This document shows, in pieces, positions 12,901 through 26,400 of a stretch of DNA of 64,000 bases (position 1 is its first letter; every line of letters starts with the position of its first letter). Origin of the DNA: Botryllus schlosseri (lineage: Eukaryota); contig CM119380.1 in the NCBI GenBank assembly GCA_051294905.1, positions 12,338,001-12,402,000 on the forward strand, written 5' to 3'. Below the pieces are notes generated by a model that was given only the letters and a program-made list of their open reading frames with translations, ran no database searches and was not told the origin of the DNA. A program made the translations under genes and the position numbers.

Positions 12901-15372
12901 ATATACCGACAGGGTCTCGATAACCACCATGTGGGACAATGTCAGCATTCATGATCCGAAGCTGAAGGCTCCGTTGTACTCGGCGTATTTGCAATGTGAG
13001 TGACGCTCTACTCTAGCGTACAATAGAATAGCATATTCTAATTTCATATTGGAATGAACGCGAATGTTTGTGGCTGAAACTCGTCAGGGTTAAGCGTCAG
13101 CAACGTACCACATCACACATTTGATACAGTCCTATAAAATTCTGGTGCATCAAAATGACCTGTGCATCAGCAACAGTGTTATAAGAACAAATCCATCAAA
13201 ACCTGGGTTTCAAGCAAAATAAATATTATAATGGAAATGTACTTCAAATCAGTGTAATATCTACTGTATGAGTGGGGTGTGTGTCATGACCTCCAGCAAT
13301 CCCCCGAGACTGGCTGTGCGAAGCCAGGTTAAGAGACCTAGAAATTTTATATTTCAATATTTTCATTTTTGTTGTCCCGAAACGTCGTATTGTAGAGTTC
13401 AGTGTTTCGTAAACACGAAAATAGTTTTACCTCTGGTTATCCTGCCCAATTTAATTATCACACTTTACTAGCTGTGGATGTCCATTTCCACTATACTGTG
13501 ATGTGCTGCACAATTAAATGAACGTACTCGCGTTCTTTTTCATTAGTAGCCGCTATCCGGCTAAAACAAATCCATGACAACCGGACTCAAATTGCAGATG
13601 CGAAAAGTACGCTTTCCGAGACTGGAGCCCGTTCTGTTCTGTATTTTAGGAACCTGAGCTTTGTTGATATCCAATTTAATTGTTCTGTCGAAATGGTGGC
13701 TAAATTGCAAAAAGTCGTCAAACTTTAGAAGATAACTCAGACTGATATTGTTATGCGGCTGTACATCGATAGCAACGTAATGCCAGGAATCCGAGCTTTC
13801 CAGCGATATCTGAACGAGCCTTGTGGGGCTCTTGGCTCGATTATAATGACTCTTCTACAAATGGTGCCTACTCAGCAATTCCAGTTTTCAAATAATACTA
13901 TAATCCCCATAGCAACTATACAGCATTATTGGTGTATTTATGATCCTGGTGTGTGTGTGAGACAATATTTCGACACAACAACACTGTCTGAATGGCTTCC
14001 GATTCCATTTTTCCACTACAATTCTGACATCGGAATGCGTTTTCAGCCCAATCGCGACCGTCTGCCGTCGAGTGCGATTATCCTGCGGAACTGTTCGATG
14101 CAATCCGAAACAGCGTCATGACTGACGACGTCAAGACTCCGATTCTGACGTTGCTGAACGAATATTCTAACAGCACGCGATTGCCGAGGCGGGGCGTGTA
14201 TCGCGAAATCCTATTCTTCATCATTGTGGCGCTCGGGAAAGATTCAATTGACATTGGTGAGTGTAGGCCCTTATTACTGTGAACTGTTATAAATTGTTAC
14301 TAGTTGTCAGTTAATCATTTATCGAATTAGCGTATAATTCGTCTTCTGTGATGTTTCCGAGTTCTTGGCTGAAAGTAATCTGTCCTACAAACTTTTGTGC
14401 TTCGTCTGCTTCTAATTCCCATTCCTTGTTTTACTGCTTGGGCTTATTTCCCCATCGTATTGAAATAATGTACATGACTACGCCATTCAGTTGTAAACGT
14501 GCTGCATATCACCAGTCAATTTTAGGCAGGGATATCTAGAACTTCTCTAGTACTTCTAAATATCCCTGGTTGTAGGGGATTTCGTGTAGTTGGTGTCAGT
14601 GTGTTGACAAAATATTAATGATTGAATCTCGCGTGTATATCTTATCTGGATTACAAGAAATTTAATAACGTACCATTTCCCCTGGACCCCCCAAAATTCA
14701 GCCTCAAATTGGGCATTGTGACAGAGTTTCGCTTTGTGACACAACAATGCTGTCTGGCAAACGAAACTGCAGCTCAGGAGCAAGAGCATGGGCAGAATAA
14801 AATTTATATTTTCGTAATCAGTACAACAACAGCTTTCCATTGACACCCGTTTTATCAAATTTAACGCTCGGCAAGCCAGTCAAAATGGCCGTAATTGCCT
14901 TTGGTCAAATGGAAAGTATGATGGGAACCCAAATGCAGCGAGCTGTAATATCTCGCTGTGTTCACACCATAGGACACCATGGTACATTGGTCGCGTAGAT
15001 GCATATTGCAAGTTAGGAGGAGGCCATTTCCTATTGACTTCTAAAAATCTGTCATACTGTAACCAAACCTGCTTTTTTTGAACTTGAGTCCTTTTCACAT
15101 CTTTTAATTTATACTTCCAATTGAATTAGACCTGGCAGAGCTTTGAAATCGCAATCGCTAATTGCAATTGAGTTGAAATTTATGACGTTACTCCACTGAC
15201 TTCTTTGCTCTCTGACCATACAGAGGCATACGATCAAGCCTACAAGAACGCTTACGATGAACTCACAGTCAGCGAATTGGAGATGACCGCGAATTGCGAT
15301 AAACCGCCGAGTCATCATGCCAGCGACTGCAGGACATTGTTCGGCGAACTGGACCTGCCCGGTATCCGATGA
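3902..15372 (+). CDS. DENND4: DENND4 / CRAG family Rab GEF, 3' half (5' exons lie left of the window); carries a nonsense codon
   Basis: Exons 3902-4260, 5850-6082, 6606-6812, 7516(or 7550)-7693, 8272-8385, 8825-8882, 9594-9780, 10759-10891, 11469-11679, 12111-12162, 12223-12321, 12430-12579, 12794-12995, 14047-14256, 15224-15372 (TGA). Hallmark motifs: [51 protein letters not shown]. Confidence 0.9.
6206..6239 (-). ncRNA. Minimal type-I hammerhead ribozyme-like motif
   Basis: ACCC-CUGACGA-GUAUCAGUC-GAAAAUAUUC-GGGU: core, 4-bp stem I, palindromic AAUAUU stem III. Stem II is only 1 bp. Confidence 0.5.
6454..6487 (+). ncRNA. Minimal hammerhead-like motif (right-arm copy)
   Basis: GCCC-CUGACGA-AUGUCAGCU-GAAAAUAUUC-GGAC; one mismatch in stem I. 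Confidence 0.4.
9191..9224 (-). ncRNA. Degenerate hammerhead-like motif (same family)
   Basis: ACCC-UUGACGA-GUGUCAGCC-GAAAAUAUUC-GGGU (C3->U). Confidence 0.35.
9850..10271. mobile_element. MITE rich in GACTC/GAGTC motifs
   Basis: Internally highly similar to 23130-23672; imperfect TIRs CAGGGTTGTAAC / TAACAAGCCTG. Confidence 0.7.
14527..14568. mobile_element. Ultra-short hAT-like TIR element (42 bp)
   Basis: CAGGGATATCTA...AATATCCCTG; flanks attttagg/gttgtagg (6/8). Same TIR as 20621-20651. Confidence 0.55.
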
Positions 15373-16367
15373 ACGGCCGGCGATGTCCGTTGGAATTAAC
15401 GTGCACTTAACTTGATTCGTCGTACGGTGCTTGATCTGATTTAGTATCCATTCTATTTTGACGGTAGCGTTTTGTTGGCTTATGCACACCTTTGTCATTA
15501 TGAACTTGACAATGCCTGTGGCCGGTTTGTTGGTTTCTGGTGTTATTATACCTGCAGATTAGGAGTCAGGGTACTATGAGTGATTTAGCGTTAATTGTTT
15601 TGACAGAAGGTCACAACCTGAAACAAGTGAACCAATCATGATATTTAGTATCTATGACGAATAGCTTGTAATGGACAGCTTCACTCTGTCACATTTTGAC
15701 ATTGTTCAAGTGATTTTGGCTCTTGAGGTACAATCATGAAAATTTACTCCCAAGCTCTCAAAATTAACAATGTCCGAAAGTGAACGTTGGGAAGCCTATT
15801 TTACTCGACTGGTGGCATCAATATATAATCATTCAAAGCCTATTGTGATGTGGTACTAAAATTATTCGCTCCAACAACACAATCAACATGGTTAGCAAAG
15901 TACTTGGATACCTCCCAAAAGTAGACGTACTCAGATACTGACTCGCCACATCTACTTCTAAATAAGTCTTCCTGTCAATACCTCATAGTGTTAATTTTAT
16001 GACTTGGTTCATTAATATCGTCTTCTGTAGTTCATGGCTGATGAAATAGATCAGCTCGCTCTATTATGACAAAAGGCGATAAAATATTTGATACAATCAA
16101 CAACTCCGAACTCTGATCAGCCTGACGCTGTCAACTAACATGCAGCTGTGTACGCATTATGTAACAACACTCACGCTGAACAAGATTTTTTATTGTCATT
16201 AAATGCTAATATTCAGTGTTACTTGGAAACGCAAATTAATATAAGCAATTTCATGTCTATTACAGTATACATTCCAAACTACACTGACACTACCTGCATG
16301 ATTATAAGCATATTTATCAGTTACATCGCTACTCACACGTCCACAAAGAAATGAATGGCTATGATAT

Positions 16368-16741
16368 ATTTACAGTCCTAAGTTATTGGTTTAATTAACA
16401 AGATTTGTTTTCCTTGAATTGGAAGATGATACTTGTACAGAGTGAGTAAATTGGGATGCTAACTGATGAATAATTCGTTGAGTCTATTAGTATTTGGTTG
16501 AAGCTGTAGAGCGTGCACCACACACAAGATTATAGTATATTGATCGGTTACAACGCTACTCAGACCGAGTTATGTAATGAAAGCGATTGATAAATTTACA
16601 GTCCTAAATTATTGGGTGAACAAGATTTATTTTCCGGTATGAACTGGAAGATGAAATTTGTATGGAGAAAGTAAATCAGGATGCTAACTGATGAATTAAT
16701 TCATCGAGTCCATTATTTGGGTGAAGCCGTACAACGTGCAC
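16368..16741. repeat. Diverged direct duplication (~150-bp units, ~225-bp period)
   Basis: atttacagtcctaaa...cgtgcac at 16368-16518 and 16594-16741. Confidence 0.85.
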
Positions 16742-17340
16742 GCTGTAATGGAGCTGTGCTGATATCTGAATTTATTAACTACGATAGCTCTCTTCGAAAT
16801 AGAAGTAACTTAATCCTATTTTTCAACGAAAAGTCTGCCGCCGACGTCAGCCAATGATCGCGTATCTTCTCAGTGGCGTTTTGAGTCGAGCACCCACCAG
16901 GCATCTCGATCACATTTTTGATCTGTAAAACGGCATTTCTTAAAAGATGAAGGACTGACTGCTCACTACACCACGACTTGTAAGCTAGTGATGAGTTGCT
17001 GCTACCCTGAAATTTGAATACATTGACTCTTGTTGATCAGCAACCATCTTCATAGAGATAGCGTTCGATTTTGAAAGAAGTTGTCAGTCTATACCAGGGG
17101 GTTGCCAGACATAGGCGCCGAGTTACGGGGTGGCGCAGCCACCCCATGACACATTTATGGGGTGGCGGCCACCCCATACAATTAGATTAAACGCCCGCCG
17201 TCTGCGATTCTAAATCATCAGCACTGTCAATTAGCGAGTCCGTGATAGCGCGTTAATGCCAACTATCTAGCAATAACCGATACGCGCGCGAATAATTGAA
17301 TACGCAACTTCGTCGGCGACGACGAACTAGTGCTTATAAC

Positions 17341-18526
17341 CAGTGTTGCCACTCTAGGTTCCCGAAAAAACACAAGATTATGTCGTGAAAAAACACTAGA
17401 TTGGCGAAAAAAACACTAGATTAGTAAATTGCAGGGAAAATTTGCCCTTGCCAAGTAATCATGATGACCAAGGTACAAATCTACAGGTAAGAAGTGTTCC
17501 ACTCATGAATTCAATACATATGAATGATATACTGCATGATTATTCAACGAAAATCAATGAAACAAATTCAACAGCGCAAAAAAAAATCAAATTTGTCGCT
17601 TTCGAATTGTGCGGCATCATAAAAATTATCTTTCGATTGTACACCATCTATCAAACATAAATATCTTTTGTGGGGCATCTTGCTCGCTACCGCACATCTT
17701 CAAAAAACAATGGGGAGGTTTCCGTGTGCAGCATACTTCAATCCCACGATCGAATGCAGTGGAATGTGGCAATGCCAAGAGATTCGTCATGAGCTCTCCC
17801 AGTAAATGGAATTTTGATTCACCGAATCCATTGTACACAGATTTCAATTTTTGCAAACATTCTGTGTGAGAGCACTGACTGATAAACTGCAGCTCATTTT
17901 GCGATCTTGCCACAGTTCAAGTTCATCATATAATATCACAGCTAGGGAAATTGCGCATAGCTAGAGGAATTATTGATTTTACTATTCTTCTTCTTCTTAC
18001 TATTCTTCGGCCTGCTTACATTTTTCAATATTTATTAATGACGCGAGACTCGAATTGAACAATGCTTAATTAGCACTCCATCAATGCAGCTGGCGGGATG
18101 ATCCACGGGAATCCCGAAAAATCGTAATAAAACTGTCCGTCTGCCTCGGCAAATGTAAATCTTGCCCGAATATGCAGACTGAGTTCAACAAGAAACGACA
18201 GAGCATCAGAGCGAAATCGCTCTACATTTTTTCAGAGACTTTCGCTCATAAGTACGGATTCACAGCGCACCCTGTTACGTAATAATTGCGTGTTACTGCA
18301 CCACCACATAGAATTGTTGAAAACAAACACAGCCAGAGGTACCAAATCGCCTCATTAGCGATAAATTTAGCGTATAATTAAGTCGTCTAACGTTAGAATA
18401 TTCATCATTCGCATAATTGCAGAAAAACACTAGATTAGCAAAATTTGGCGAAAAAAAACACTAGAACACTAGGACGACCGAAAAAACACTAGATCTAGTG
18501 TTAAAACACTAGGAGTGGCACCACTG
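17341..18526. mobile_element. Non-autonomous hAT element with a transposase dimerisation-domain remnant
   Basis: TIR CAGTGTTGCCACTC / GAGTGGCACCACTG, perfect 8-bp TSD cttataac, subterminal aaaacactaga repeats, minus-strand LLALPHSTA remnant. Confidence 0.9.
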
Positions 18527-18639
18527 CTTATAACGCTTGCGCTGAGAAACACCATCTTCTCTCTCGACCAGAGGAGCGAATTCACGTTCTCTTCTCTTAG
18601 TTAGATAGTATTTGCGCCCATATTCGTTTACAAAATAAT

Positions 18640-18790
18640 TCTCGAGTTAGCTCCATGATAGTGTATTTAATTGGAGGATTGGAGCGCGAAATAGGACAGT
18701 GTGTTTGTGTATGCATGCGAATTGAAAGTCATTCCTGCGCAAAGTGCGCATGTTCATTACTTTAACAAAGCTTTGCATCCCCTTCAAGCG
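18640..18790 (-). repeat. Dispersed repeat shared with ~63205-63278
   Basis: Both copies translate as VMNMRT..RNDFQFA.IHKHTVLFR. Confidence 0.8.
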
Positions 18791-19899
18791 TGAGGTTGTC
18801 ATAACAACTGGGCAAAATAGCCCCAGTACCACGGTAACTAAATTAATTTTTGAAAATTGCACTTATTTGTGGTGTCATCACCCTTTTGCGTTGATCAAGA
18901 AGATGCAACATGCAATGTTTACAGTTGTCACATGGCATCAATTTCTAAAACTAAGTGACCCTCAACCAAATCTACTTCATGTAACGAATTTCTTGACCGC
19001 TTTTCAGAAATTCATTTCTACTTCCACTTGAAGTACTTTGGACATGTCCTGGAAGTAATTAGTGCTACTTGTACTGGAGTATAAATTAAGGCATTACTTC
19101 TACTCGGTTCCCAACAATGACCACGTTGACCACGTCTGGGTATAGGATGACCGATCTTGTCACTGCGTTTGAGCTGCTCTTAGAGTTATATGATAGTTAC
19201 TTCCCTTAGTTCGCTAAATATCGCACATATGTGACATCAACTATTTATCAAAATCGAGTGTGATTTGCCAAATCCACTTCAATCGCAGTTGCGAAGTAGT
19301 GCTGATAAAAATCGGCATTGTATAAGGCAACAATAAAGTGCACTGATTTGCTCAGTCTTTACGGCAGGTTCTCCCAAAAGATACTTCCGATGTGTTCAGC
19401 GACATTTGTTTTATAGCAGCATGCCAGCACCCAAACCAGCAGACAGTATATCCTGATCCTTGCGGGTCCCGGCTGCTTCAGCCATATCTTCCATCCAAAA
19501 TCAGGCTCCACAACAGACAAATAGTACTGCTTGAACTAACAAATACTCTTACCAGAATATAAGCCAATCGCTTTACTTCAAATGCATAAATTTAAGTACA
19601 TATATGATCAGCCAGGTTGGAATCCCGGTACGTTTAGCGCAATATCTTTGGTGTGCCAAGACGGTTCTCAGCGTCACACCTGTGTGCAGTCAGTAGAATC
19701 TTTGGTGTGCACGAGACACCGATTCCATATTGGATGATCAGAGTTGAGTACCGTAATACGACTACGTTACCGATGGATTTCTGCGTAATTCTGACGATAT
19801 CATTCTATGTGCTTTGTACAGGATTGACATCTAGCATAGGTAAATCTCTGATGACTTCTACAACAAATTGCCGAAACGTTTACAACCAGAAATCAACAG

Positions 19900-20340
19900 T
19901 ACACTATGCGATATTTAGCACTGAAGCAGGTGCGCGAGAAAGTAGCTTGCTAACCAATTTGTTGTTGCTATGCGTATCTAGTCACGTGATCGAAGTCCTG
20001 CAAAAGGCCTATTACTGATTGGCCGCGCGCGGGCGCGCGTTTGTAATCATAATTCATGTCTGTCTTTCGTGTTCTAGAATTGTGCCGTGTTACTGCTCAC
20101 AGTGCTCAGTCCAGTGACGAATGCCGGGAGCGCGGCAATCAATGACATAATTTCGCAATCGTCGTGAGACGAATCTCGCTAATTGGTCGCGGCCCGCGAA
20201 ACACTGATAATACGAGTTGTTGAATTGCAACTGAATATTAGCGTCAGAATGGTCATTTCAAAAGGAGGGGGTTTCGGCACCCCCTGGCTACGCGCCTGCC
20301 GCCACCCCATGCAAAAATAAAAGTCGGCGCCTATGAGACC
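19900..20340. repeat. Dispersed repeat; inverted copy at ~61358-61780
   Basis: cagaatggtcatttcaa...aaaagtcggcgcctatg matches the reverse complement of 61358-61450, and similarity continues. A cataggcgccg end also occurs at ~17110. Confidence 0.8.
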
Positions 20341-20493
20341 TGTTCCATGTTCGAACCGCATATACAGCAAAGTATCGTTTTAAAGATCCACAAAACAGAA
20401 TATAAAAATCACAAATTTATTCACTCACAACGAAGCGGTGATCAAATAATAACTATTGTGTGGTGAATCTCCATCTGGGGCAACGTGATGCAT

Positions 20494-23400
20494 TTAGCCT
20501 GAAATAACGTCAAAGCAGTGCAGAGCACCCCCTTTAAGTGGGCGGGTAAAAACTAAACGATGTTACGGCCGGGCATTATTCCTTGAAAAAATTAAAACCA
20601 CTTTAGTAATTGGGCCATATCAGGGATATCTAAAACTTTTAGATATCCCTGGCCATATTCCTAGTGATTTCAATCAAATGAGCTCCGCCTTTAGGTGATT
20701 CCAGTTGATGGGAAGGTGTTTCTGGTGTCACGTGTGCGCCATCGTTCGCCCGGATTTGAACAGGATCTGCGCTACCACGATTTTAATTGTGAAGTTCATT
20801 GTTACACACTATTCACCATTGCCATATATGATGTTCACTCAAGCTCGGTTCGAGAGTTCAATTGCACAGATATCACCTTGTGTTTAGCTGCACTCGGATA
20901 GATTTTACCAATTATTCCATTTATTGTAGGGTTACCATATTTTGGAAATCTGAAAAGTGGACACTTTTTCAGAATTTTCAGATTTACAAAATCGGAGGAG
21001 AATTCTCAAAAAATGGTAAATTTTTCCCACTCTCACTCAGCACCCAAAATACAGTTTTTACCTTCACAATGTCAGGTGGTTGACTGAAAAAGGTCAACTC
21101 TCTCGCTCAGCACCCAAAATACAGTTTTGGTTGACTAAAAAAAAAGTTCAACTTTCCACTCAGCTTCCGAAATATACGCCGGAGCGTCACTTCAGTGCTG
21201 GGCAGAGGTGGTCAGTAACGAAGTACTTCTACTTTTTGAAATACTTGAAGTCGATTTTGCCTACTCACACTACTTTTTAAGTAGTTATGATTCTAGACTA
21301 CTTCTACTTCTACTTAAGTAGAAATTTCAGCGTTACTTCTACTTCTACTTGAGTAGCAACGGTGAATAGGCTACTTTGACCATCTCTGGTGCTGGGTGCT
21401 GATTTACGGCATCTCGGTCGAATTTTGCTTGAGATATGACCAAAATTCTTAAAAAAGGGGGCAAAATCTCAAAAAAAGAAGACAAAAGGGCGTCCTCCAC
21501 GGACACTTTCAAAAACGTCAAAAAAGAGGACAAATCCTCTTAAAAGAGAGCGAATGGTAACCCTAATTTATCGTAAGGCAAAAACGATGTCAATACAATA
21601 CGCTAGCAAATCGTCTAAATGTGATCTAATGCATTGTTTATTTGTTTTGAAATCAAGTTAAAAAAAACGCTGGGGAAAATACATGTGCATTTGTGCAATC
21701 GTTAGAGAGCCGCAATCAATGGCTCCAAGGTGGGTGTCTGATTCCATAGACTACTTCAAGTCGCTTCGACACCTTCCTATCTTTTCATTGTATCGCATTT
21801 TGTGGTGTATTGAACTGATAAAAATTGCTAATAAACCAATGATGATGATCATGAAAGTGCCACATTTTGGCTACCCCTGGCTTATACTTTTTCTATACCC
21901 TGTCTTTATTACTATGGTAGTCACCGAGTTAATAACTCACTGCATAAAATCTCAAGCTCAGCCCCAAGGCCTCTTGCAATCTTTTTGACTCCTCTCATTT
22001 TCGCTTCATTCAACATATGCTTCTCATATCCGTATGCCAGCGTCAGTTTCTTTGAAGCTTTCACAAGACGATTAATATCGCCGAGTGGAGCACAAAATTC
22101 AATTTCGCATCTGAGAGATCCAACCTGTGGTGGGAGACAGACTTCAAGATGTTCGATTGACATGAGATTTGTAGATTATTACCTTCTTTGCCTGACCAGC
22201 GTCAAGTACACTTTGTATGTCAAAGTCATTAGAAATGTAGAACACCCACTGAATATCGACATGAACATCAAACCCAGAGATCTCATTCCTGTGCCGCAAA
22301 ATGTCTTCGTATTCCCCAGTGGAAATCTTTCCATCTACGGCAATACTCAGGAACGCAACCTTCAACGAAAAAAATTTAAGTATCGAGAATTCGATGCGAA
22401 ATGGAAACTGACCTGATATTTTTCGACTGATTCTCTGATCAAAGACCAATCGATGTTTTCCTCTAGTGTGCAATCAAGCAATAGCTCGCTCATCTGAACG
22501 GGATATTAGTTGGAGAGACGGAGGCTTTGACTATAATTGCGATCCCGATTCACACCAAGAGACTACAAGTCAACAAAACTGACCTTTTTTATACTTGTCC
22601 CTGATACCTGTCGTAAATCATCTTGTGTCACGTAAAGAAGGTCATCCGGTATCTGGACGGATTTTGGTACAAATAGTTTTGAAAAGTATACCAAACGAGC
22701 GAGCCAATAGACTTCGTCGAAAGCGAATTTCGATTCCTGTAAATACAAACAAAATAAGTTTTTTTTACGTGATAATCAACAAATTCTCATACGTTTGGTC
22801 CACATTTCGATATCAGAAGTACAAAATTTGACAGTGAATATTTAAATTTATTTAACATCACAAATGATACGCAAGCGTATTTGAATTGTTATCGGTTAGG
22901 ATAAAAATGCTTCTGATGTTTCACCTTTATGTGGAAACGTCCTTTGAACTGATTTTTACCATCATCTATTTTGATGAGGTGATCCGTCTTCGTCAGTTTG
23001 ATGTGACGGGACATGAAAGGTTCCGCTGAAGGACTTGACTTCGGCAGAGCTCGCGTTAATCGAATGACCTGCATCAGAAGACCATGGTCAGGATTGGCGG
23101 CGTGGGGGCACGTTGCATATTTATTTTCGTAGGGTTTCAACCAAGTCGCAAGGATCCGAGTTTAATTCACATGTCAATCTCACTTTTGTAGTTTTGACTC
23201 GAGTCAAGTCAAGTCAAGTTATTTTCAATTCACCACCGAGTCAAGTTCGAGTCCAAGTCAGTGAGTAGAGGGTCGAGTCCGAGTCATTATGGTCACTGTT
23301 CAGTTTTCATTTCAAACCGGTTCAACCCACTTTTTTAAAACTGGACTCGAGTGATATAGAATGGATCGCATTCATAATAGAGTAATTTTCCTCAGTCTTA

Positions 23401-26400
23401 ACAGTTTCTGGTACTATTTTCCAAGTATCAGGTCTGTTAGACGAAATACCAATAATTCGGGGACTGTACTATTTTTCGAAGTTACAATGAAATGTCTATC
23501 TTCGCCGACCTAGTCTCGAGTCGTATGACTTGCTTAGAGTCATGCACAATGACTCGAGTACAAGTCGAGTCAATACACGAATTGACTCGAGTCGAGTCAT
23601 TATACGCATTTGAAAAAATCACTCGAGTCAAGTCGTGTCACCAAAACATCGTGACTCGAGTCATTATAACCCTGTATTTTCGTTCTCTCTCACTCTCCTT
23701 TCATCGCCGCAGTTGTGGCAGACACATCAAACTCACTTTCCAGTCCAAATGCCGCGATTCATCAGCACGAATGCCGAGAAACGAACCAAACGCTTCTGCT
23801 GAGAATTTGTTCTCTTGCATATCTAGATGGTCAATCTGAAATCAAAACATTGTCAGTGTCTCGACGGTGATCTACTGGCACGTATATAGGGAAGTCATTG
23901 TTATGTGATGTTGGGTGCTTTTTAGGTTTTAGCGATTATACTTTGAACACACGTAAGATATGTGTATGTGTTGTGTGTATGAGGCTGTGAATTGATGCAA
24001 TACATGACTGCAGCGTCATTCACTGCTGATATATGCTATGTAGGTATTCGAATATAAGATGGCTCCAGGGAGTAACTTTCTAAGAGCACTGTGGGTCCCA
24101 GAAGACATTCGTCTTGGGTGAAAGTGCGATCATTGCTGGAAAAGATGCGTGACGAACTATACGAAGATGGAAAGTCAATGTAAAAGTAGATCTCCGGTTT
24201 ATCATTATTGTTATTATTTCTCAAATTTCTTATTTGATTCACCACATTTACTGACGTCTACCCCCTATTGGAGTCTGTCTATGAGATTTAAGGGAAGTAT
24301 AGTTACCAATTTTACATGACAATTGCCAAAGACATCTATGTATCCAATATACGCGTATGAAGTGACATTCAAGTCAGGTTAGGTTAAGACTCACTTGAAC
24401 TTGACCCTCCAAACATTTTGTGATAGTCGACAAAATGTCATCGTCGATATTGCAGAAACTCAAATCCAAATATTTAAGGCGACCAATCCTATTTATCAGC
24501 GTTCCAATGGCGTGAGCTTTATCACGACTCAAGTCAATATCGGATACATCGATTGCAGAAAGCTGTTTCGATAGGTCGTCGTTGTCCGATTCAAAAATTG
24601 CGGAGTATAAGTCCATGCGAACAAAGTTATCCTTTGCCTTCTCGAGTTGTGAAAGAATTGATCGGGACAGAATTTCTTGTTTCTTCTCTGGATCGGGTAC
24701 TGTGACGTAAAACACAAAATCAGCAAATTGAATTGATGTTGACCCAAGTACGCTAATGAACGATAATAAACCTTGTTTGCGATATGTTGCGAACTGCAAC
24801 CAAACAATGTTCAGGTGATTGTTTGCTAAACCAATTCACATGATAGAGTCGACCAGTTTCTCAGCTCACTTGTCAGCTATAGGCTAACAGATAATTAGCT
24901 AGGATTGGGTGCATTCGAATCCGAGCTGAACATCGATCGATTGCAGATTCTATTGGTCGAGTAGCAAGTAGCAAGAGTCTTTTATTTTATTTACGTATAT
25001 ATTAAACTGTATATGCCAATCCACTGTGACGTCACTAAAAGCGATTCATGGCGGCATGGCTTACAAAACAATACTTTGTTGCGCCGATAGCAGACGATAT
25101 ATATAAACGTACGACCTTGATAGCTTTCACACCCCATTTAACGTCCACTTGTATGAATATTACTATATTAATTACACGAGCTTTCGGAGCTCTGCTCCTT
25201 CATCAGGTGTTAAAGCGATGACACCTGTGATGAAGGAGCAGAGCTCCGAAAGCTCGTGTAACTAATAAAGTTATATTCATACAAGTGGACGTTAAATAGG
25301 GTGTGAATGCTATCAAGGTCTTATGTTTACAAAACAATAAAATATTGCTTTGAACCAGGACCCCGTTTTAAACGAGTTTGTTTTAAATTGATATTTGCTT
25401 TAAATTCAAACTTAACCGCGACCAGTGCCAAATGACAAACTGCATGCTAGATTTTTGATGTTGTATTTTATCAAGTTGGGGGTTATGTCGCCTGGTTCTA
25501 AAGACAAAAAGACTCATATTATGAGGGTTAAAGTTGTTGTTGTTACTACTTCAGACTAATTTCTAATTCGCGCCATCTAAAAGATCTTTTCCTCAAAAAC
25601 TGTTAAAATAGAAGGTAATTAGTATCAAAATACGCTAAAATACTTCAAGTAGACAAAAGTAAATTGTTACTGACCACCTCCGACGGCAAGCTATAGCCTA
25701 TATCAGTAGACGCGTTGCTCCAAAAATTAATGCACTGGGAGAGATATTAACTGACCTCTGTGAAACTCGTTCTGTGGTTTCGAAAAGACGATTCCGGTAA
25801 CGAATCTCCGAATCACAGACCAGCGGCCCACGTGGAGATTTTCGTCGTTGATGCGAGAGAACTCAGCCAAATCTCTTCCTGCCACAGAACTGGCTGTTAG
25901 AAATTCTCGAAAACTTTGACAGCAGAATGAGAAGGTAAAGAAACCATCGATCAAACGACTCAGCCTGTTGTACCCATGCACTTGCGTCATCAAATCTTGA
26001 ACGTCTTCTGCGGAGAGTCCATTTCGCTTCAAGTCCTTTTCCTTGAATACGACTCTTCCTCTGGCCATACCACGATGTGACATCGCTTTCAATTTGTCGA
26101 TTATCGTTAAAATTTGCTCACCATTTCGAATGTTTCCTGCGCTCGGGATAATATGTATTATCCGGCTGTAAAATTCTGTGACTGTAGTGGGGGGAGGCCC
26201 GGTTGTGTCCCTCCCCATCACGATTGCTGTTAGAATCAGGAAAACTGGCACTGAAACTAGATCCAGTATTAGAGGTGACATAGCTTCAATTTTTTTCCAG
26301 AGTGCTTCCCCATTATTTTCGAGTAGAGAATTGAAAAGCCTTCGCGTATTGTCAGTAGTAAAACCGATCAGCGTGATGATTCTCTCGGGTTGAGCCGCGG

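Noticed and set aside
13753-14121. 122-aa + ORF
   Set aside because: Mostly intronic; overlaps the DENND4 exon 14047-14256 in another frame.
19840-19890. CUGAUGA...GAAACGUU hammerhead-like string
   Set aside because: Stem I and the stem II closing pair cannot form; at best a very decayed remnant.
24036-24245. ORF as an extra NLR unit-2 exon
   Set aside because: Poor acceptor; 23068-22925 already matches unit-1 exon 34203-34099 in sequence and phase.
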